From: Phaeosaccion multiseriatum
Taxonomy: Eukaryota > Protista > Ochrophyta, other classes
Direction of reading: 5' to 3'
DNA: 64,000 bases
NCBI GenBank assembly: GCA_965112735.1
Contig: OZ218957.1
Location: forward strand, 3,472,001-3,536,000
Shown: piece by piece, positions 60,701 through 64,000 of the stretch
Position numbering within the stretch: the stretch's first letter is position 1
How the letters are laid out: each line of letters begins with the position of its first letter
The notes under the pieces: generated by a model
Databases searched by the model: none
Told to the model about the DNA's origin: nothing
What the model saw: the letters and a program-made list of their open reading frames with translations, nothing else
Made by a program: the position numbers and the translations under genes

Positions 60701-61046
60701 CGGACAGAGGGGTAGAGGGACCAAGTCTACTCCTCACTTCCAATCCAATACATTTGCTTAAAACTGGTGACTACTCTTTGCACCCTGGGCACTCCCACCG
60801 TCCGCCTAGTTGGCTGCTGGCGTCTGCCCTAGGCCGCGCGGGCCTCCGGCCCGCCTAGGCCGCCTAGGCGGCGGCATATAAATAGGCCGAGGGTCTACGG
60901 CCCTCGCTAGGCCGGGCATTTTTCCCAAATAGGCCTACAACCCCTGTAGGCCGGCCCGCTAGGCGTGCATGGGGCCGAATTAAGGGTGTTTTGAATTGAA
61001 ACTCACAAAAAAAACTTTAGAAAGGGTGGAAATTGCCCGAGAATGC

Positions 61047-61130
61047 GGCCGAATGTCCGAGTTGGTCTAAGGAGCTAGTTTCAGGTACTAGTCTACTAAG
61101 TAGGCGTGGGTTCAAATCCCACTTCGGTCA
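61047..61130 (+). tRNA. trnL-CAG: tRNA-Leu (CAG), intronless, long variable arm
   Basis: Acceptor GGCCGAA/TTCGGTC plus discriminator A; D-arm TCC..GGTCTAA..GGA; anticodon stem CTAGT/ACTAG with loop TT-CAG-GT; variable arm CTAC-TAA-GTAG; T-arm GTGGG-TTCAAAT-CCCAC. Confidence 0.95.
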
Positions 61131-61137
61131 ATTTGAA

Positions 61138-61142
61138 TTTTT
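61138..61142 (+). terminator. RNA polymerase III oligo-T terminator of tRNA-Leu
   Basis: T5 run 8 nt downstream of the discriminator base. Confidence 0.7.
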
Positions 61143-61301
61143 GTTCGTGCGCCCTTTTTTTGCCCTTATGTAATGCTTACGTAGCGATTTTTTTTTTTTC
61201 CCTTCCCCCCCTCAGGCCCTCAGGGCGCAGCGGCCGACACCCTCAAAGGTGCTCACACCTGACTGGGGCCCACCTCCCCCCTCCTCCTCACCATGACACT
61301 C

Positions 61302-61380
<79 letters not shown>

Positions 61381-61851
61381 TCGGCCCCATGCACGCCCAG
61401 CGGTTTTGCTCTAGGCCGCTAGGCCGCTAGGCCGATCTAGGCCCCCGTCCGCTCTAGGCCGCTCACTTTTCAGTCCTAGGCGGCCTATATAGCCCGCCTC
61501 TAGGCAGCCTGCCTCCCAGTGACCGTGGGCGCGTGCGTGGTGCCGCCTAGCTAGCCAGTGGGTAGCAGCAGCTAGGTCTGCACTCCTCGTAGGGCCAGCG
61601 AGGCGTAAGAGACAACACGAACGAAGTCTACTCCTCACCTCCAATCCCATGCAATGGAACTGACTACTCTTTGCACTCTGGGCACTCCCACCGACCGTTG
61701 GCTGGCGTCTGCCCTAGGCCGCGCGGGCCTCCGCCCCGCTTAGGCCGCCTAGGCGGCGGCATAAAGATATGCCGAGGGCCTACGGCCCTCGCTAGGCCGG
61801 GCAGTTTTCCCAAATAGGCCTAGGCCGCTAGCTAGGCGTGCACGGGGCCGA
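61381..61851. mobile_element. 471-bp MITE, TCGGCCC family, CTAGGCC-subterminal type, inserted in (AC)n
   Basis: TCGGCCCCATGCACGCCCAGC vs reverse complement of GCTAGGCGTGCACGGGGCCGA match at 19/21; AC(ACAC) on both flanks; dense CTAGGCC repeats in both arms. Confidence 0.85.
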
Positions 61852-62299
61852 ACACACTTTCAGTTTCAGTTTCTAAGGTGATCCTATTAATCGCTCCATT
61901 TCTTGAGCCTGTAAGCCTAGGCCTAGAGACGAAATTCGGCCGGCCTAGGGGGGCGCAGGCCCCCGGCCTAGGCCTATTTTTGGCGCAGCCCCCCCCCCCC
62001 CCCGGCCTACTATCTCTCTGAGCTTCTTCTGGGCCCGACCCTGCCTGACCTGGCTCAGCGGCTCTAGCTGCACCAGGGGGGGGGAAAGGAGCCAAATAGA
62101 CAAACAATATAATGTCTCATGTTAAGTGCGGCCCTCCCTTAGCCTATTAGCTATCCCAATGGGGAAAAGTTAGTCCTAGATGGTCCCCAGCCGCCGCAGA
62201 TCCTTGCCTTAGCTATGATCCGATGGTGAACAAGCAGGTCTGATATATTTTTTTAGGGGACGTAAGTTGTAGACTTGACAGGTCCGCAGTAGTCAGGCT

Positions 62300-64000
62300 G
62301 GTCAGTCCCCGCAAGTAGGAGAAGGTTGCTGGTCCACAGAGGTTGGATCCCTTCTCGTGCACGGGCACCGGCACAACGACAATTTCAAAAGTCGTGTCAG
62401 TGTGCTCACCGCTGCCAGCAGGTCGATGCTTCTAGAGCCGTGATGAGGCTCTCCCTTTTCGTCTCGCACAGAGTAAAACCTTAGCCGCTTTAAGGGGAGG
62501 TTCTCCCCGGGCGACTCGGGCACGATAAATGCGCCAACAGACCAGTGCCAGGCCCTCATTGCGATGACAAAGACAAAGAGCTTCACTGGCCATAGGAGGG
62601 TGCGCGTCTTGAACGTTCCTTTGTCCATCATGCGGGGCTCCCCTTCTTTGTCTCCATATTCCTTGAAATGTAGAGTCTCGAAAAGGTACGAAGGTGCGGA
62701 GGCCGGCAGAGGTTGTCTATGAGATGCCCTGTGTACCTATCCCCCTTTTGCAATGTGTTGCTCCGGGACCACGGCTCCGTGTGACAGTGATGTGTCCCCT
62801 GAGCCTCAAGGAGCCGAAAAGAAGCAACGACGCAAGGGCCAAGAAGATGAGGGGCTGTGTGTGAGGGGGATGGGCGGGGTAACACTGCACATTCAAGAAA
62901 GCTGCGGTACTCTCACCTGATTCTGCCATGTCCTCGGTCTCAGGCATGTCAGACGCCTTGCTGGGCTTTGCAGTGACCGCAAAGGCGGCACTGCAGATAC
63001 AAGGAAAAGAGCGGCCGCAGGTGCTTGCTTCAGTGTCTTCAAACCTCCGCTGGCGGCTTCCTTGATACGCGAATCGTCTCTCCTTACGAAAGCCCCGGCG
63101 TCATCTACTGCTTGGTCGTTGATGCTGTCCAAGAGAAGCCCGAGTCATCCCCAAATTCCGTCCGCACGAGGTCTCTTCCTTCTTCTTGAAAAGGGATGCC
63201 TTCTCTTGTGTTGTGTCATACCGACGGTTCGACCTTCTTCCTCCTCCTCCTGCTGCTGCTGCTGCTTTTCTTCGTCTCGCTCGTCTTCGTCGTCGCCATC
63301 GCTCTGACACTCTCTTCCCACTGCTGCTGGCTTCCCTGACCGGCTGAAAAAAATCTGTGCATCTTGGGACCCTGATGAGCACTGGATATGAGCTGGTCAT
63401 CTCCACCGTCGCCGGGCGTCACGCTCGAAGCCCCTTTATTCATGACAAGCTCACAGCATTTGGCCTGAGGACCCTCATGTGCAAAGCCCATCACATTTTC
63501 CTCCAATGATGACAGCTCCCGCTCAAACACTCCCTCAGCCATGCGCGCAGGTGATGAAGTCTTCGAGGCCCACAGAGTGTCCCAGTAGAGAGACTTGCAG
63601 GTCGTAGAGGTCTCGTTCCTTCTCTGTTGATAACAAGAATTGCTTGCAAGGAAGCGGGTGCAAAGTCTTGAAGCCAAATATGGCAGGCTCTCTTCTCCAA
63701 CACCAACACGACGTGGTGATCATTCCCCCCGACGTCGTCATCATGGCATGGCAAGTCTTCCCCAGGTATGCCTGTACCAGCCATGACTTGCGTGAAAAGA
63801 TGAAAGATCCCATCTATCCTCTCACAGTCCGACGACGGCCGATGGCACTCGATGGCTATTTTCGTTTCATCCCACGTACTGCCAATGCCGAGGCTCTGGC
63901 TGCAGAACCACGCGAAGAATGGAGGATTCAATCGAATCCGAGGTGAACATGGATCTTGTCCCACTTTTGATGCAGCTTATGCTCCAGACGGGGGCTTTGA
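62300..64000 (-). pseudogene. Decayed intron-poor coding-like sequence of unknown origin
   Basis: Microsatellite-poor stretch with protein-like segments that alternate between frames (e.g. DDEDERDEEKQQQQQEEEEE, DSINDQAVDDAGAFVRRDD) and are broken by many TGA stops. No family recognised. Confidence 0.3.

Larger units (their letters stand above)
57879..60978. mobile_element. Expanded/composite TCGGCCC-family element (CTAGGCC-subterminal type) with nested MITE, (GGGA)n tracts and internal duplication
   Basis: 57879-58000 aligns by eye to the left arm of the 61381-61851 element, and 60723-60978 aligns to its right arm (ends GCATGGGGCCGA). Terminal match is 15/20 and the flanks are not duplicated. 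Confidence 0.55.

Noticed and set aside
61047-61130. tRNA-Sec or opal suppressor (TCA appears in the anticodon loop)
   Set aside because: The stem CTAGT/ACTAG fixes the 7-nt loop TTCAGGT with anticodon CAG; the 7-bp acceptor stem and discriminator A fit tRNA-Leu.

Overview
Eukaryotic nuclear DNA, gene-dense and intron-rich, with introns full of microsatellites. Several genes carry bipartite signal+transit presequences (e.g. TAF-VP, TAF-AI, AAF-ML), so the host is probably an ochrophyte/stramenopile alga with a complex plastid (inference). I rebuilt 12 protein-coding genes by hand from splice sites and reading frames: a giant dynein-stalk-like/alpha-beta-hydrolase/IQ/SAM/ankyrin protein (5' end outside the window), a hypothetical protein, plastid diaminopimelate decarboxylase, IMPACT/YigZ, an all-Cys Rieske-like protein, a small Cys-rich plastid protein, a low-complexity protein, POP1, peptide deformylase, an intronless PPR-SMR protein, flotillin and a WD40 protein. 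After these come a cluster of related TCGGCCC-ended TIR elements around a tRNA-Leu(CAG) and a decayed ORF. Main findings: (1) a TALE-like PPR array of near-identical 105-bp units that toggles all four RNA-code pairs and is fused to an SMR nuclease domain; (2) a 2-nt microexon needed to complete the IMPACT GGLVRAYG motif; (3) two hugely over-represented dispersed 11-16-bp motifs that sit in exons in several frames and in introns; (4) a non-autonomous transposon family with shared termini but subfamily-specific subterminal repeats. Most long ORFs in the supplied track are microsatellite artefacts. All coordinates and counts were made by eye.
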